Below, piece after piece: positions 16,328 to 28,261 of a stretch of DNA of 64,000 nucleotides. The notes under the pieces were generated by a model that was given only the letters and a program-made list of their open reading frames with translations, did no database searches and was not told the origin of the DNA. The DNA is taken from positions 1,178,001-1,242,000 of the forward strand of contig CP089281.1 in the NCBI GenBank assembly GCA_023920165.1. The letters run 5' to 3'. Origin of the DNA: Curvularia clavata (Eukaryota). How positions within the stretch are numbered: position 1 is the first letter of the stretch; the number at the start of each line of letters is the position of its first letter. Both the position numbers and the translations under genes were made by a program.

Positions 16328-18169
16328 ATGAGCAAACGATCTTCACGGTCCAAGAATCGTGCATCTGTACTCCGGCCGCAGGGTTCGACCGACTCGCTGC
16401 AAGAAAAGAAGAACGGCGATGCAAACACGACCGCGACGATGAACGGTGTCATTTTGGAGCATCGGCGCAAACACGCCTCTTTCGATAGCACTTCGCCATC
16501 GAGCCAGGCTGCATCGCTAATGGGCAACTCCAATTTCTCGCTCGATGACGACGTACCGAACCTAGGGGGCGATGAAGGGCCATCCAAGGGCTTCTTCGAG
16601 CTTTCACAGAAAGACCAGAGAAATTTCCTGTTGCTAGTCTTGCTATACTTTCTCCAGGGCATACCCATGGGTTTGGCGCATGGCTCCGTGCCTTTTCTTC
16701 TGAAGCACAGCGTGTCTTACGCGGCGATTGGTGTCTTTTCGCTCGCCGCGTACCCATACTCACTGAAGCTTCTCTGGAGTCCAATTGTGGATGCGGTATG
16801 GTCGCCCAGCATTGGCCGCCGCAAGAGCTGGATCCTGCCTATCCAAACCATCTCCGGCTTTTCCATGATTTGGTTAGGAAACAACATCAATCGCATGATG
16901 AAGGAGGCGGGTGAGACGGACAGCGGAGTTTGGAACTTCACCTGGTGGTGGTTTGCGCTCGTGTTCCTTTGCGCCACACAGGACATTGCTGTTGATGGTA
17001 GGTGATGTTTACATGACTAAGAGGGCACAGCTAACAGCACTCAGGCTGGGCACTTACCCTTCTTTCTAAAGAGAACCTCGCCTACGCTTCGACTGCGCAG
17101 ACTGTAGGTCTGACCGCCGGTCAATTCCTGTCGTACACGGTATTCCTGGCCTTCAACTCCAAGGACTTTGCCAACAGATGGTTCCGCACTACTCCGGCAG
17201 AAACGGGCATCATGGAGCTAGACGGATATCTCAGCTTCTGGGGCTGGGCTTACCTGGTTGTTACCTTTGGATTGGCAGTCATGAAGCGCGAAGACCGCGA
17301 CAGGAACGGCGACGGTATCGGAGAGGTGTACCGCAGCATGTGGGGGATCCTAAAGTTGAAGAACATTCAGAGCTTCATCATCATCCACCTGATTGCAAAG
17401 ATTGGATTCCAGGCCAACGATGCTGTTACGAGTCTGAAGCTTCTGGACAAGGGTCTAAAGCAAGAGCAGCTATCACTGGTCATTCTAGTGGACTTTCCTG
17501 TTGAGGTTTTCCTGGGCTACTATATTGGAAAATGGTGCCAGACATACCCACCAATGCACATTTGGTGCTGGTCATTCGTCGGACGTCTGGTTGCAGCTGG
17601 CTTTGCGCAGTTTGTCGTGTCTATCTTCCCTGCTGGTGGAGCATCAAGCGGATTTCTGCTGCTCGTCATTGCCGAACACGTACTCTCGACATTCATGAAC
17701 ACGGTCATGTTTGTGGCTGTCAGCGCCTTCCACGCAAAGATCTCCGATCCGCTGATTGGCGGTACCTATATGACTCTTCTCGCCACGTAAGTTCAAGTTG
17801 CGCCATCACCCCACGTGGATTTGTCATTAACAAGCTTCCAGAGTCTCGAATCTTGGCGGAACTTTTCCACGCTACTTTGTTCTCAAGGCTGTTGATATGT
17901 TTACATCGGCAACATGCATACCACCTACTGGCGGTCTCAAGGCCGGTCTGAAAGGGCCCCTTGTCACGCAGCCTTTTTCATGTGCACTTGAAGCTGAAAA
18001 GCATCGATGCATAGAGGGCGGGGGCGTGTGTGACGTCACGACAGATGGATACTACATTGTCAACATGCTCTGCATTGTGATTGGAGTCGTGACATTTTGG
18101 GGATACATTAAGCCAGCGGTCATGAGAATACAGGCGCTGCCGTTGAAGGCGTGGAGAGTGGCTGCGTAG
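16328..18169 (+). CDS. Acetyl-CoA transporter (SLC33/AT-1, MFS); 3 exons
   Basis: LYFLQGIPMGL, YPYSLKLLWSPIVD, ATQDIAVDGWAL, DPLIGGTYMTLL; introns ~16998-17044 and ~17786-17840. Confidence 0.92.
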
Positions 18170-19023
18170 GCGGTTCAGAGAGCCATGTAAGATATACTCA
18201 AAGATAGACTTGGCAGCGCAATTGATGCATGCTACGGCGTTGTAGAATGTGATTGCAACAGATGATTCCAGTGTTGCGTGCCGTCCAAAGCGTAGATGCA
18301 AGTCAAGATTGCATATTCCATGTGCATGAGACGATGATTAGTAACTGGGGCACGTTGTGTCGCGCTCACGCGTTTTCCCGTGACCAGGCGTGTGGGCTGG
18401 GCGGGCCAGTGAGTGGAGGCCTGATGTCACTGACACGGCGCGCCGAAGATGCCGAAGAACGGAGGCAACTGAGTTTTTTTCTCATCAGACTGACATATCA
18501 GACCACATGTGTCAGCAGCAGCCCAGTAATCCTGTGGCCAGCCCATATGCTTTGATAACAATAACCCGACAGGATATCTCCGATCAGCCACCCACACACC
18601 CTGCTGGGTACCGCCCTGGAGCGCATCCAATAGTGCTGCTGGGAAACGTTGACGCTTGGCTGAGTGCGGCTAGTCGCTGGAACCACGCGTTTTGACATCT
18701 GTCGCAACTGTTCGATTTAAATTTCGCTCTGTCGCTTGGGTTTGTCGATTCCACTTGGCCTGTCGGCATACTGCAACTAGTCGTCAGTCTACTTAAACTC
18801 GTGGTTCCGACTTCCCCAACCGCCGTCGGACTATACCCCAAACCCAAACATATCGCCGACCGCCATTTGCCCTTTTAGATATCCAGCCGAGTTGACGCCG
18901 ATTCCACCGAGCTCCAACACTGCTCTTGGTCTGTCCTACTACCTCCACCAAACCCATTGCCCCTACTAGAGCCGTGAATCTTGTGTCGCGTTGCCCTTCT
19001 CTTGAAAATCTCCTCTAGCAGCA

Positions 19024-19877
19024 ATGGCCTACTCAGCATACCAACCCAAGGCGCGGGTACAGAAGCCTGCTCCTCAGTTCACTGGCACCGCCGTTGTCGA
19101 CGGCACATTCGAGGGTACGTTGACCTGGCCCTTGGCGATATCGTAATACTCACCGTCTCTACCCAGAACTCAGCTTGACCGCCTACACATCGACCAAGCA
19201 ATGGCTGGTCCTGGGCTTCGTCCCCATGGCCTGGACCTTTGTCTGCCCTACTGAGATTCTTGCCTTCAGTGATCGCGCCGCCGATTTCGCCGCCCGCGGC
19301 GCCAGCGTCGTCTTCTCTAGCACAGATAGCGAGTACAGTCTGCTTGCCTGGACCAACGCAAGCAAGAAGGATGGTGGACTCGGCAAGATCAACATCCCCC
19401 TGCTCAGCGACAAGAACCACAGCATTGCAAAGGACTACGGTGTCCTGATCGAGGAAGAAGGTATCGCTCTCCGCGGGCTCTTCCTGATCGACCCCAACGG
19501 CATTGTGCGACAGATTACTATCAACGACCTTCCCGTCGGACGATCAGTAGATGAGACACTCCGTCTGATCGACGCCTTCCAGTTCACAGACAAGTACGGC
19601 GAGGTACGTGGGCATGCTACATTCATGTACATGTGCGAATGCTAACTTGGACCTATAGGTCTGCCCTGCAAACTGGAACCCAGGCGATGAGACCATCAAG
19701 GCGACTCCCGAAGGCAACAAGGAGTACCTCGCCAAGGTCCACGCGGATACGAAGATGTCGGATGTTGCTGCCAAGACCAATGGTACGATTTCGAAACCGC
19801 TCCGAGTGTGATTGGATGTCTTGGAGAAATGTCGTAGGCGCAGTGTGCTGATACCTTGTTTCGCAGGAACTTCTTAA
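19024..19877 (+). CDS. Typical 2-Cys peroxiredoxin (AhpC/Tsa1 family)
   Basis: Peroxidatic [26 protein letters not shown] and resolving EVCPANW motifs; introns near 19115-19166 and 19604-19658. The end is 19877 if a third intron (19783-19866) is spliced, otherwise 19811. Confidence 0.93.
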
Positions 19878-20321
19878 GCCAAGGCTGTTTCGCCTTGCTT
19901 GATCGCGCGATACTAGCATCGCGTCCCTTCGACGCTGCTTGCATTGATTGGCGTTGCTCTGGTGTCTGTAATTAGTTTTCGGCCCTACGGCTCCACGGTG
20001 CTGTGTTACCGATGAATACCTCTCTCAATAGACTATACAAACTCTACGTCATATGATTGTTGTCCCTCTTAGCCCAAGACCTGGATTCCACTTACGAATC
20101 GAGGACAACAGATATCGTGCAAGAATGGAGTTCAAAAGCTGGGCGCAGGTTGGAGTAAGCGATGCATACCGTGAAACCATTTATCCAATCAGCATTCCAA
20201 AACACGTCGCACGTATACCACTATGGGATGGATGCACTAGCGCCCGCTTGGCAGGCGGCTTTGCCACGCGAACGCCTTCGCGTCTGCCCTTTCGATAGGG
20301 TCCACGAGCGACTCTCCAATC

Positions 20322-22526
20322 ATGGAGCCGAGACTAAATGCATTACTAGACCTCTCCAGCCAAAGTAGCATGTTGTACGCGACAAATGCGTCCGATCTTA
20401 CCCCCTCCAGCTCTCAGAGGCTACCGCATCAAGCGGACTCTACTTCGGTGCGCCCAAAAGCGCTGATACTGACCAACTCGTCGTCGCCAGACAACAACCA
20501 GACAAACGATGTCCGGAGAGAAGCACATGACAAAATACATCCAGCGCGCGCCATGCCTAGTGCTCCCATAGCCCAGGTGCTGAACAGCGAGGCCAATCTG
20601 CTTTCATCGCAATCTGCCTCTAATAGCTTTGCTCCATCATCTACCACACCCTTTAGCGGCCGATTAGTGGATCTCTTGCTAGAGAGTCCTGAGCATGCAA
20701 AGCACCGATGGGACCAAGACCAGCAGCTCTTACAGCCCGAGAGCACGGGATACAGCCCTTCGGTAATCAAGCTTCCGCGGCTTCCGCAGCCTCCTAAGAA
20801 GACGGCAAAACGTCCTAGGATACCGCCACTCTTACAGGGTCTACATCAGCCTCCGCCTTTGCCGCCTGAGGGTAGGTTGTTTCCGCCCATTACCGGAGAA
20901 AAGAATGCCTTTGCTGGTGAAAGAGGATATGACACTCTGTTTGAAGAACCAAGAAGTAAAGAAGTGGATGATCATGCTTTCCTTGACACTGCTACCCAGG
21001 AGCTCAGTAGAAGTACCCAGCATGGCAAACATGGATCAATTGGTCAGGTGACTGCACAGAGCGTTCCACTAGGAGGGACGATAGCGGTCCATGAGACTGA
21101 TGTACAGCCAAACAAAGAAATAAGCGCTCTGAGCCAAAATCAGCCCAAGCGTGGAAAGAAGCGCACCAAGTGGTCTGAACAGGAGACCAAAGACCTCCTT
21201 ATAGGCGTAAGCAGATTCGGCATTGGAAACTGGAAGAAGATATTGCAATGTCCTGATTTCACATTCAACAATCGCACTGCCGTCGACTTGAAAGACCGGT
21301 TTCGCGTCTGCTGTCCTGGCGAAGGTTTGAAACCTAGACAGCCAAGGTCCAATGCAAAGGACAAACGTTCGCTGGACTCAGTTCATGCCCATCATCACAG
21401 TCATGGTAAGAATACAGAAAACGCGGATAGCGCCATCAATCCTATCTCCACGTCTTCAGAATCTACAGCAACAATAGCACGCAGCACTAAAACGGCTGCT
21501 ACAATGCCCAACCTCTCTGAACTCGGCATCCACGAACCTTTTTCTAAAACAGCTCGTCGTCCCCGACGGGCCTTCACTGCAACAGATGACGTTAATCTCC
21601 TGAAAGGATTCGAGAAATATGGACCCGTCTGGCACTCTATGCGTGACGACCCTGAGCTCGAGTTTGGCTCACGACATGCCACAGACTTGCGCGACAGATT
21701 CCGCATCCGGTATCCAGAAAAATACGCAAAAGCAGGGTACAAGCTCAAGTCGAAAGAGAAGGAGAGAGAACGAGTAAGGAGGGGGGACGATATAGACAAG
21801 GGTGTCGAGGAAGAAGAGGGCGGAGGCGCTGGACCCGATCCAGTGGGTGAAATCTTATCTCTCAATGCACCGACGACGTCGAAAACTGTCAACGAAAATC
21901 CCAATAATACAACGAGACCCACCATCGGGACTACAACCTTACCCTACCAAAACAACTCCAACACCAACATCTTCCCTCCTTCAACATCCACTGCACCACC
22001 CCCCGCCCCCCTCCCTCCCTCATCTCTCTCATACAATAATACCACCAATACAAGCACATCACTCAAACCTTTCCTCTCAGCCTCGTACCTGTCCGACCCG
22101 CTCCCCACCCTCCCCTTCTCCGACGACGAAGACCTCGACGACATACCCAGCCACACCCATCATCCCCACAATACTACGAGTGGAGGTGACGAAAGCCCCA
22201 TTACGCTAAGTCGCAACATCCTCCGCTGGGCAGATGCGAATCCCTCGTCCTTGTACTCTTTTGCGCCAAGCGGGGGGTATAGGGTCGGTGGGGGTGAGAG
22301 ATCTGGGTACGGGGTTGGGGGGAATGAGAACGGTGCTGCTGGGGGAGGTGCAAGTGTTGGTATGTTAGGCGCAGGGGGAGGAGGGGGACAGCAGAGTCAG
22401 GGTCAGAGTCAGAGCCAAACTCAGAGTCAGAGTGATGGTATGAGGCTAAATATGTTGCCTGAAGCAGAATTGTGGTCCTTTTCAGATCGAACGCAGGGTT
22501 TGGCGTCGTTTAAATATCGGGGTTAG
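20322..22526 (+). CDS. Double telobox-type Myb DNA-binding protein (Tay1/Teb1-like)
   Basis: Two Myb repeats: KWSEQETKDLLIGVSRFGIGNWKKIL..RTAVDLKDRFR and FTATDDVNLLKGFEKYGPVW..RHATDLRDRFR; low-complexity C-terminus. Confidence 0.8.
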   Translation: MEPRLNALLDLSSQSSMLYATNASDLTPSSSQRLPHQADSTSVRPKALILTNSSSPDNNQTNDVRREAHDKIHPARAMPSAPIAQVLNSEANLLSSQSASNSFAPSSTTPFSGRLVDLLLESPEHAKHRWDQDQQLLQPESTGYSPSVIKLPRLPQPPKKTAKRPRIPPLLQGLHQPPPLPPEGRLFPPITGEKNAFAGERGYDTLFEEPRSKEVDDHAFLDTATQELSRSTQHGKHGSIGQVTAQSVPLGGTIAVHETDVQPNKEISALSQNQPKRGKKRTKWSEQETKDLLIGVSRFGIGNWKKILQCPDFTFNNRTAVDLKDRFRVCCPGEGLKPRQPRSNAKDKRSLDSVHAHHHSHGKNTENADSAINPISTSSESTATIARSTKTAATMPNLSELGIHEPFSKTARRPRRAFTATDDVNLLKGFEKYGPVWHSMRDDPELEFGSRHATDLRDRFRIRYPEKYAKAGYKLKSKEKERERVRRGDDIDKGVEEEEGGGAGPDPVGEILSLNAPTTSKTVNENPNNTTRPTIGTTTLPYQNNSNTNIFPPSTSTAPPPAPLPPSSLSYNNTTNTSTSLKPFLSASYLSDPLPTLPFSDDEDLDDIPSHTHHPHNTTSGGDESPITLSRNILRWADANPSSLYSFAPSGGYRVGGGERSGYGVGGNENGAAGGGASVGMLGAGGGGGQQSQGQSQSQTQSQSDGMRLNMLPEAELWSFSDRTQGLASFKYRG
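22392..22433 (+). repeat. Imperfect hexamer repeat (CAGAGT)n encoding a QS tract
   Basis: cagagt cagggt cagagt cagagc caaact cagagt cagagt, seen directly. Confidence 0.8.
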
Positions 22527-22768
22527 ATAGAACTGCATCAGGTTGGGTTGAATCCAAGGCGCCATGTTAACACGAAGAGAAATAAAGACAAAGAAGAACA
22601 AAAGATAGATAATAAATCAGATTCGCGTTTTCTCAATCATCTCTTCGTACATGGATGGTTCCAGCATTTAATCCAAAAGGAAAGCTGGACTTGGATTTCC
22701 CACATGACGGCTACATGCCTCCATACCTCCCCCAAACCATTACAACCCCCCGCTTACACATCCAAATC

Positions 22769-25252
22769 TTACCGTGCACTTTGACACAACGCAAGGCAGA
22801 ATTCTCTGAAGTCGCCCTTGGTCGCCTCCTCGATATCCTCCTCTACCATCCGGCCGTACTTCTCTTCATACGTCGTCGCCACACGCATCATATGCAGGCG
22901 GTCCCAGTGAAATCGCACAAGGCGCGAGATAAGTAGCTCGACTCGCTGCTGGCGCTCATGCTTGCTAGTCGTGCTTTCACGCGATGAGAGACGGCCCGAG
23001 GAAGAGCGGGCGTCAGAGGCGGGCTCAATGAGGTCAGTGAGGGCGTGGTGGAGGAGCATGGCATCTCTGGCGGGGCGGTTGACTGTCAAAGCTGTTAGTA
23101 TATGTATTCTTCATTTGGAGAGATGGGAACCACCGGGGGAATGACTTACTAACGCCATTGAGAATATGTGCAATGACCTCGCCGACAAGATTGTTACTTT
23201 TCCTCAGCGCGTCCCTGGCAAAGTTGCCTTGGTACTTTCGCTCGTACGTCCGCAGCACCTCACGCAAATGCGCATCGCTGCGCATAACGACAATGTTCAA
23301 CATGACGCTTTCGCCGCCTTCTCTGGCATTGATGGCTTTGTACAGCGTATCCACGTCGCGGTTGCGGTACTCAATCGGCCACACGTCGCTTTCTTCTTGC
23401 CGCGTGGCATCCAGCGCCATCAAGACAGCTTTGCGGAACTTATCTGCTTTAAGCTCCTTGTCCATGCAGCGGGTAAGCGAGTCGCCATACCGCTTGTCCT
23501 TGAATGAGTCTTTAATCTCGCGGATTTCGTGGTTTTGACGACCCATGAGCGCTTCGATGAGGAGCTCGCGCCGCGCAGAGTTGGATTGATACCAGTAGTT
23601 GGCCCAGTAGCCCTCGCTCTCGTACTTTCCAAGAGCAGTCACGTATGCGACCTTGCCAAAGTTACCGCTCGTCTTTAGTTTAATGTGTTTGGCAATGTTG
23701 ATACCCCTGCCCTGGATCTTGCAATGGCGCTTATACTCCGCTCTCAGCTCGAGCAATTGGTCGTGCGAAAGCGCAGGGATGATGTCGACAATGGTGTCCA
23801 CGTTGGGTGTTCGTCCCGCCATGGCTTCGACAAGCGCAAGAGCATCATCAGTGGCATCATAGATCCTGACCCTGCGCTTCTCCTTCTCCTTTTCCTTCTC
23901 GCGGTGACGGTCGTCTCGGCCATATGCTTCCAGAGCCAGCTTATCGGCATGTTTGGACGGCCGCGATGGGCTTGAAGATCGGCGCGATGTTGAGTGGGCA
24001 CGGCTGCGGCTGCGGCTATGACCGTGCTTACCGCGACGAGTGTCACGGGGCTCGAGAGTATCGAGTGGTTGTAAGTGGTCGAGGTCATCGTCCAGCATCA
24101 GCGCCTGAGGCATGGGACTGATTGATTGATACGTGCCGTGGTATGCCTCAAGCAAAGGACTCGGTGGTGGCAGTCCACCCCCAAATGCGCCAGGCATGCC
24201 TCCTGGCACGATTGTCTGCAAGTCAGGCCTGTTGCCGCTCACAGATAGCCTATCCATGCGCAATCCCTCCGGCCTGTCAGGCGCACCTAGGTGACCCTGT
24301 GGGCGCATCTCTACGACATGGCGACCCTCAGTTGGACTGGTGACTCCAGAGTACGAAGATGCACGGTGGTGTTCAGGACGCTGCGAGTGATGACCCATGG
24401 GAGGAGGTGGGAACTGCTCAGTAGCTGATGGTGGATGAGGAGCTTGCGGCATGGTCGCATACTGTGGCTGCGAGGAGGGCGCCTGTGACACGGTCGCATA
24501 TTGAGACTGCGTTGACGGAGCATGCGATACCGTTGTATATTGGGGTTGCGAGGGAGCAGCCTGCGGTTTGGCCGTATACTGAGCGGTTGGAGAGGCAACA
24601 TTGGGCACGGCTGTGTACTGGGGCTGCGTCGCAGAGTATGAGGGCTGCGAGTTGTGTCGCACCTGAGGCGGCTTGTTGGAGCCTACTGGCTGAGCCGTGT
24701 AGGTGATGTTGGTCGGGGGACTGGCGTACTGAAAAGCGCCGTCTCTTGTGGTCGCACTCCCCGTCCTGGTATGCGCGGAGCCGGAGGCTGGTTGGGTCGT
24801 GTACGAGAAGCTATTCGCGGTGGGCGCATACTGGACGTTGTCTGCGCGTGCATATGTGATACCCGCAGCTGGGGGAGCTGTGGTAGCGGGATGCGCAAAG
24901 GAGGCGGCGTGGGGTGCATAGCCGGGGCGTTCGTGGGGAGGGAGGTCGCTGTAGTTGCCCATGGTTATGGGCTCGCTCTGTGATCTGGCCGCCATGTCTC
25001 AGTTGGTTTCGTCCTGGGCCAAGTTTGTTGGAGACACTGTCCAAAAGGCACATGTCGCTCTACTCACGTCGCATAAGGCTGATCCGGCTGCCTGATCTCG
25101 TACTGCGGGGTCGAGGCTCCGTCAGCTGGACCATATCGCTGAGGCTCTCGTGCATGGCTATGGCTGCGGCTGCGCGAGTGGTCGCGTTCTCGACCGGGCC
25201 CTGGCGATTTGGAGCGCGAGCGCTTGGAGCCACTGTCGGGTCGGAGGGACAT
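22769..25252 (-). CDS. Annexin-like protein (fungal AnxC4-type) with long Pro/Ser/Gln-rich N-terminus; 3 exons
   Basis: Annexin-like helical repeats (ELLIEALMGR..EIREIK, LREVLRTYERKY, EDIEEATKGDFREFCLAL) after PPPSPLLEAYHGTYQSISPMP; two introns restore the frame. Confidence 0.8.
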
Positions 25253-26066
25253 GGCGACTTCTTCTTTGCTTTTATTTGAACGGATGGTGGTAGACTATCA
25301 CTTCATGTGTTGTCGAGGTTATAGTCCGGTACGCGTCAATCTCAAAAATGCGATGGCGGGAAAGCTGCCATACCGCCGCAGCCCCCATTTTGAGTCTGGC
25401 GCTTGCATAGTCGAATTTGGGGGCCAAGCTGAACCTGCGACACACGTCTGCCTGATACTGAAAGCTCAACGAGGGATCGAGGGCAGCGTTGAGTATTGTA
25501 CACCATCATGATATAATGTCAGATGTTCCGAGTCTGAGTTGAAGCTGTAGCTACGAGTAAGATGCATTGCCAGGAAGCGGGGAAATGTCCGCCGAAACCA
25601 ACAGGAGCCTGCTTTGTCTTCTTTACCACATTGATGTCCTGATACGTCATAGCGTCTGGAGTGATACAAAGCCCCAGGAAAAATTGTAAAAAATGATACG
25701 CCGTCTCTTCAACTGCTCCGAGATACGCCGAACCCAGCATCGACATGAGTGAGAACGTGGGTCTCAACTCACCGCTCTAGTTACTCCTTTTGCTGTCACT
25801 CGGTGGAATATGGCGCACGTTCGCTACACCATCTTTAGGGCAGAGTGGTGACTGGCTGTGCCAACGCGCTAGCTGGTGGTTTTTTTTGAAGATGGTGGTG
25901 AAAAGGTCTTTTGGTGGAACGCCACATCGAATCAATATCAAAGCATGACTGTGGCTGACGGGCGGTCTCTCAGCGTAAGCTGGACCAACTCAGTGCATAG
26001 TTAAAGCTGAGGTGTTGTCACCGCTCAGCATGGCTTTCACCTCGATATCTTACCACTGCGTATACC

Positions 26067-26978
26067 ATGGCTACCATCGCGCCCCCAGAAAATCTTCAGC
26101 CCCAGTCACCCCTTCTCCAACTGCCGGCTGAAATCAAGCACCTCATTTTCGGCCTTTGTCTGGTCACTGATACTCCGATTTTCGACCCAAAGATTGATTC
26201 CAAGGAACAACGGGATGGACCAGTCTGTGACAGAACGTCAAGAATTTCTCTTCTTCAAACATGCCACAGAATATATCATGAGGTCGATCGTCGACCACTC
26301 TTCGCACACAACACCTTCCGCTTTTCCAATCTCGAGACGATGCAGAAATTCCTTCGAGCATTACCGGCTAGCTATAGCATGTGCATTCAGGACATTGAGA
26401 TCGATCTGCAGCACCTGAGTTCTGATCATGCCCATCTAACGGATGCGTGGCGGCAATATCTGGCATGGACAGAAGATGACCGCAAGCCTTCCCTGCGCAC
26501 AGATGCAGTGGGCGTAAAGTGTCTTCGATTCAACCTCGAGGCATGGCCTGTGATTCCTATGTATCGATGCGAGCTTTGGGACGTTCTTCGCAGTATTCTG
26601 AGAGGTGTGGCGGGTTTGGAGAGAGTTGTTGTAACTGGAGCGGGCAGAGGGAAAACAATGGCTCAGAAGGCACCCTGGTCGCCAGTCCATTTTGTTGGTG
26701 GAGACAACGTAGGCTCAGACGATCTAATACGTAGAATGAGCAGCTGCGTAGTCACCAGGTCCAGCGGAGACGGGATGATCAAATGGCTGCGAAAGGGTGG
26801 AAAGGTCCAACTAGAGGTATTGTCGACACCCCGTACAGAAGAGAGTACCGGTGCACAACCATCAGAGGATGGTGTTTGGCCACTGAACGGTTCTTGCGCC
26901 ATCTCTGCTTACGAACAACACTACTTTGGTAGTAAGCAGTCCGCTAGCCTGGAGATCAGTCCCAGTGTCGCCGAATGA
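26067..26978 (+). CDS. Hypothetical protein with F-box-like N-terminal motif
   Basis: 303-aa ORF; QSPLLQLPAEIKHLIF and SLLQTCHRIYHE..LFAHNTFRF motifs typical of a large Pezizomycotina family. Confidence 0.7.
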   Translation: MATIAPPENLQPQSPLLQLPAEIKHLIFGLCLVTDTPIFDPKIDSKEQRDGPVCDRTSRISLLQTCHRIYHEVDRRPLFAHNTFRFSNLETMQKFLRALPASYSMCIQDIEIDLQHLSSDHAHLTDAWRQYLAWTEDDRKPSLRTDAVGVKCLRFNLEAWPVIPMYRCELWDVLRSILRGVAGLERVVVTGAGRGKTMAQKAPWSPVHFVGGDNVGSDDLIRRMSSCVVTRSSGDGMIKWLRKGGKVQLEVLSTPRTEESTGAQPSEDGVWPLNGSCAISAYEQHYFGSKQSASLEISPSVAE

Positions 26979-28119
26979 TGGGTCTGGCAGGATCCCATGG
27001 ACCATGGATCTCGTTCTTGTACTTTTGCAGCCCGATCAACCACCAGCTGCAAACTCCCATGCTGAAGAGAGTCAGAATTCCTCCAAGAATTGCGCCCGCT
27101 ATGAATGTGGCACGACCGTTTCCTGTAAGCGTCACGAAAAGACCACCCCAGGCGCATGTCACCAGGGTGATGGTCAGCGCAAGATGGCCCCACGGCGACC
27201 GAGCACGCAGTTGGCGACGAAAGATTGGGAACAGGCCAAATACCTCAATGGAGAAGAGGGTTAAGGAGAAGACATGAGTGGTAGATGGCAGGCGCGAGGC
27301 AAGGACTGCCGATGCCATCATGGCCGAGTTTGTAGATATCGAGGCTGGTAGTCTGGAGGTTGAAGTTAGCGGATGGACTGAAGGGGATAAAGTATCGTCC
27401 ATACTGAGCATCTGCACCTGCACTATAATCAAAGAATGCAACGTTCATCATCAGCAGCCAAGTGCTAAGTGCCCATATGGAATCACTTGTTGTCGAGCGT
27501 GTGAGTGACTTGAGAATCGGACTGAGCCCAAGCAAAGCTGCATAGATTAGTATGGCGGATTTGGCAGTTGCTATTCGCTGTTTGGCCCGGGGAGAAAGGG
27601 TTTGTGAGACTCTTGGCACCTCGTCGTCTGCCTCCGACGTTGGCGTCAAAGGCACATTGGATGCGACTGTCTGGAAGTCTTGACCCATCCAATGGTCCCA
27701 CAAAACCCAGGCCAGTACTGTGCACAAGCTGGCCCACCCAACTACGGCGACAGGAGACACCCTGCCGTAGATGATGGCTACGAAGCAGCAGCAGAAGATG
27801 ATGACGGATGCAAGATGCTGCACGATGACGGTAGCATCGGCCATGAGCGACCAGAACTCATAAGGTTGTAGCCTAGGGTTCCGTTGCAGGTGGTCCAGGA
27901 ACGTAGTCTCATCAGTGTAGTTGTCCGGAACTGTTACGCGTAAGAAAACACCCACTAACACTGCAGGCTGCTGCGCGACTCACAGGGTTGCTTGAACCAC
28001 AGAAGCTTCTTGTAGTGGCCTTTTGGTTGGCGACTTGCCATTCGCGACCCACCCTTCCTCTTCCTCGCAGGTGCTACAAAGGCTGCGCCTGCGGGATCAA
28101 GCAGCCTATTTGCACTCAT
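26956..28119 (-). CDS. GPI2: GPI-GlcNAc transferase subunit Gpi2/PIG-C; 3 exons
   Basis: Spliced YKKLLWFKQPFPDNYTD, LSPILKSLTRSTTSDSIWA, SISTNSAMMASAVLASRL and KYKNEIHGPWDPARP. First in-frame ATG is at 28119. Confidence 0.92.
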
Positions 28120-28261
28120 GTCGACTTCTTGATCAATGCGAGCGTAGTTGGGGAAAGGATGAAGTAAGGATGGATTGTCATAGTCGGCCACATAACGCTA
28201 GATCATAGGAGGCGTTTATCTCCGAGGTTAACCCCGCCAATGCAGAGTGCACAGAAGCATA

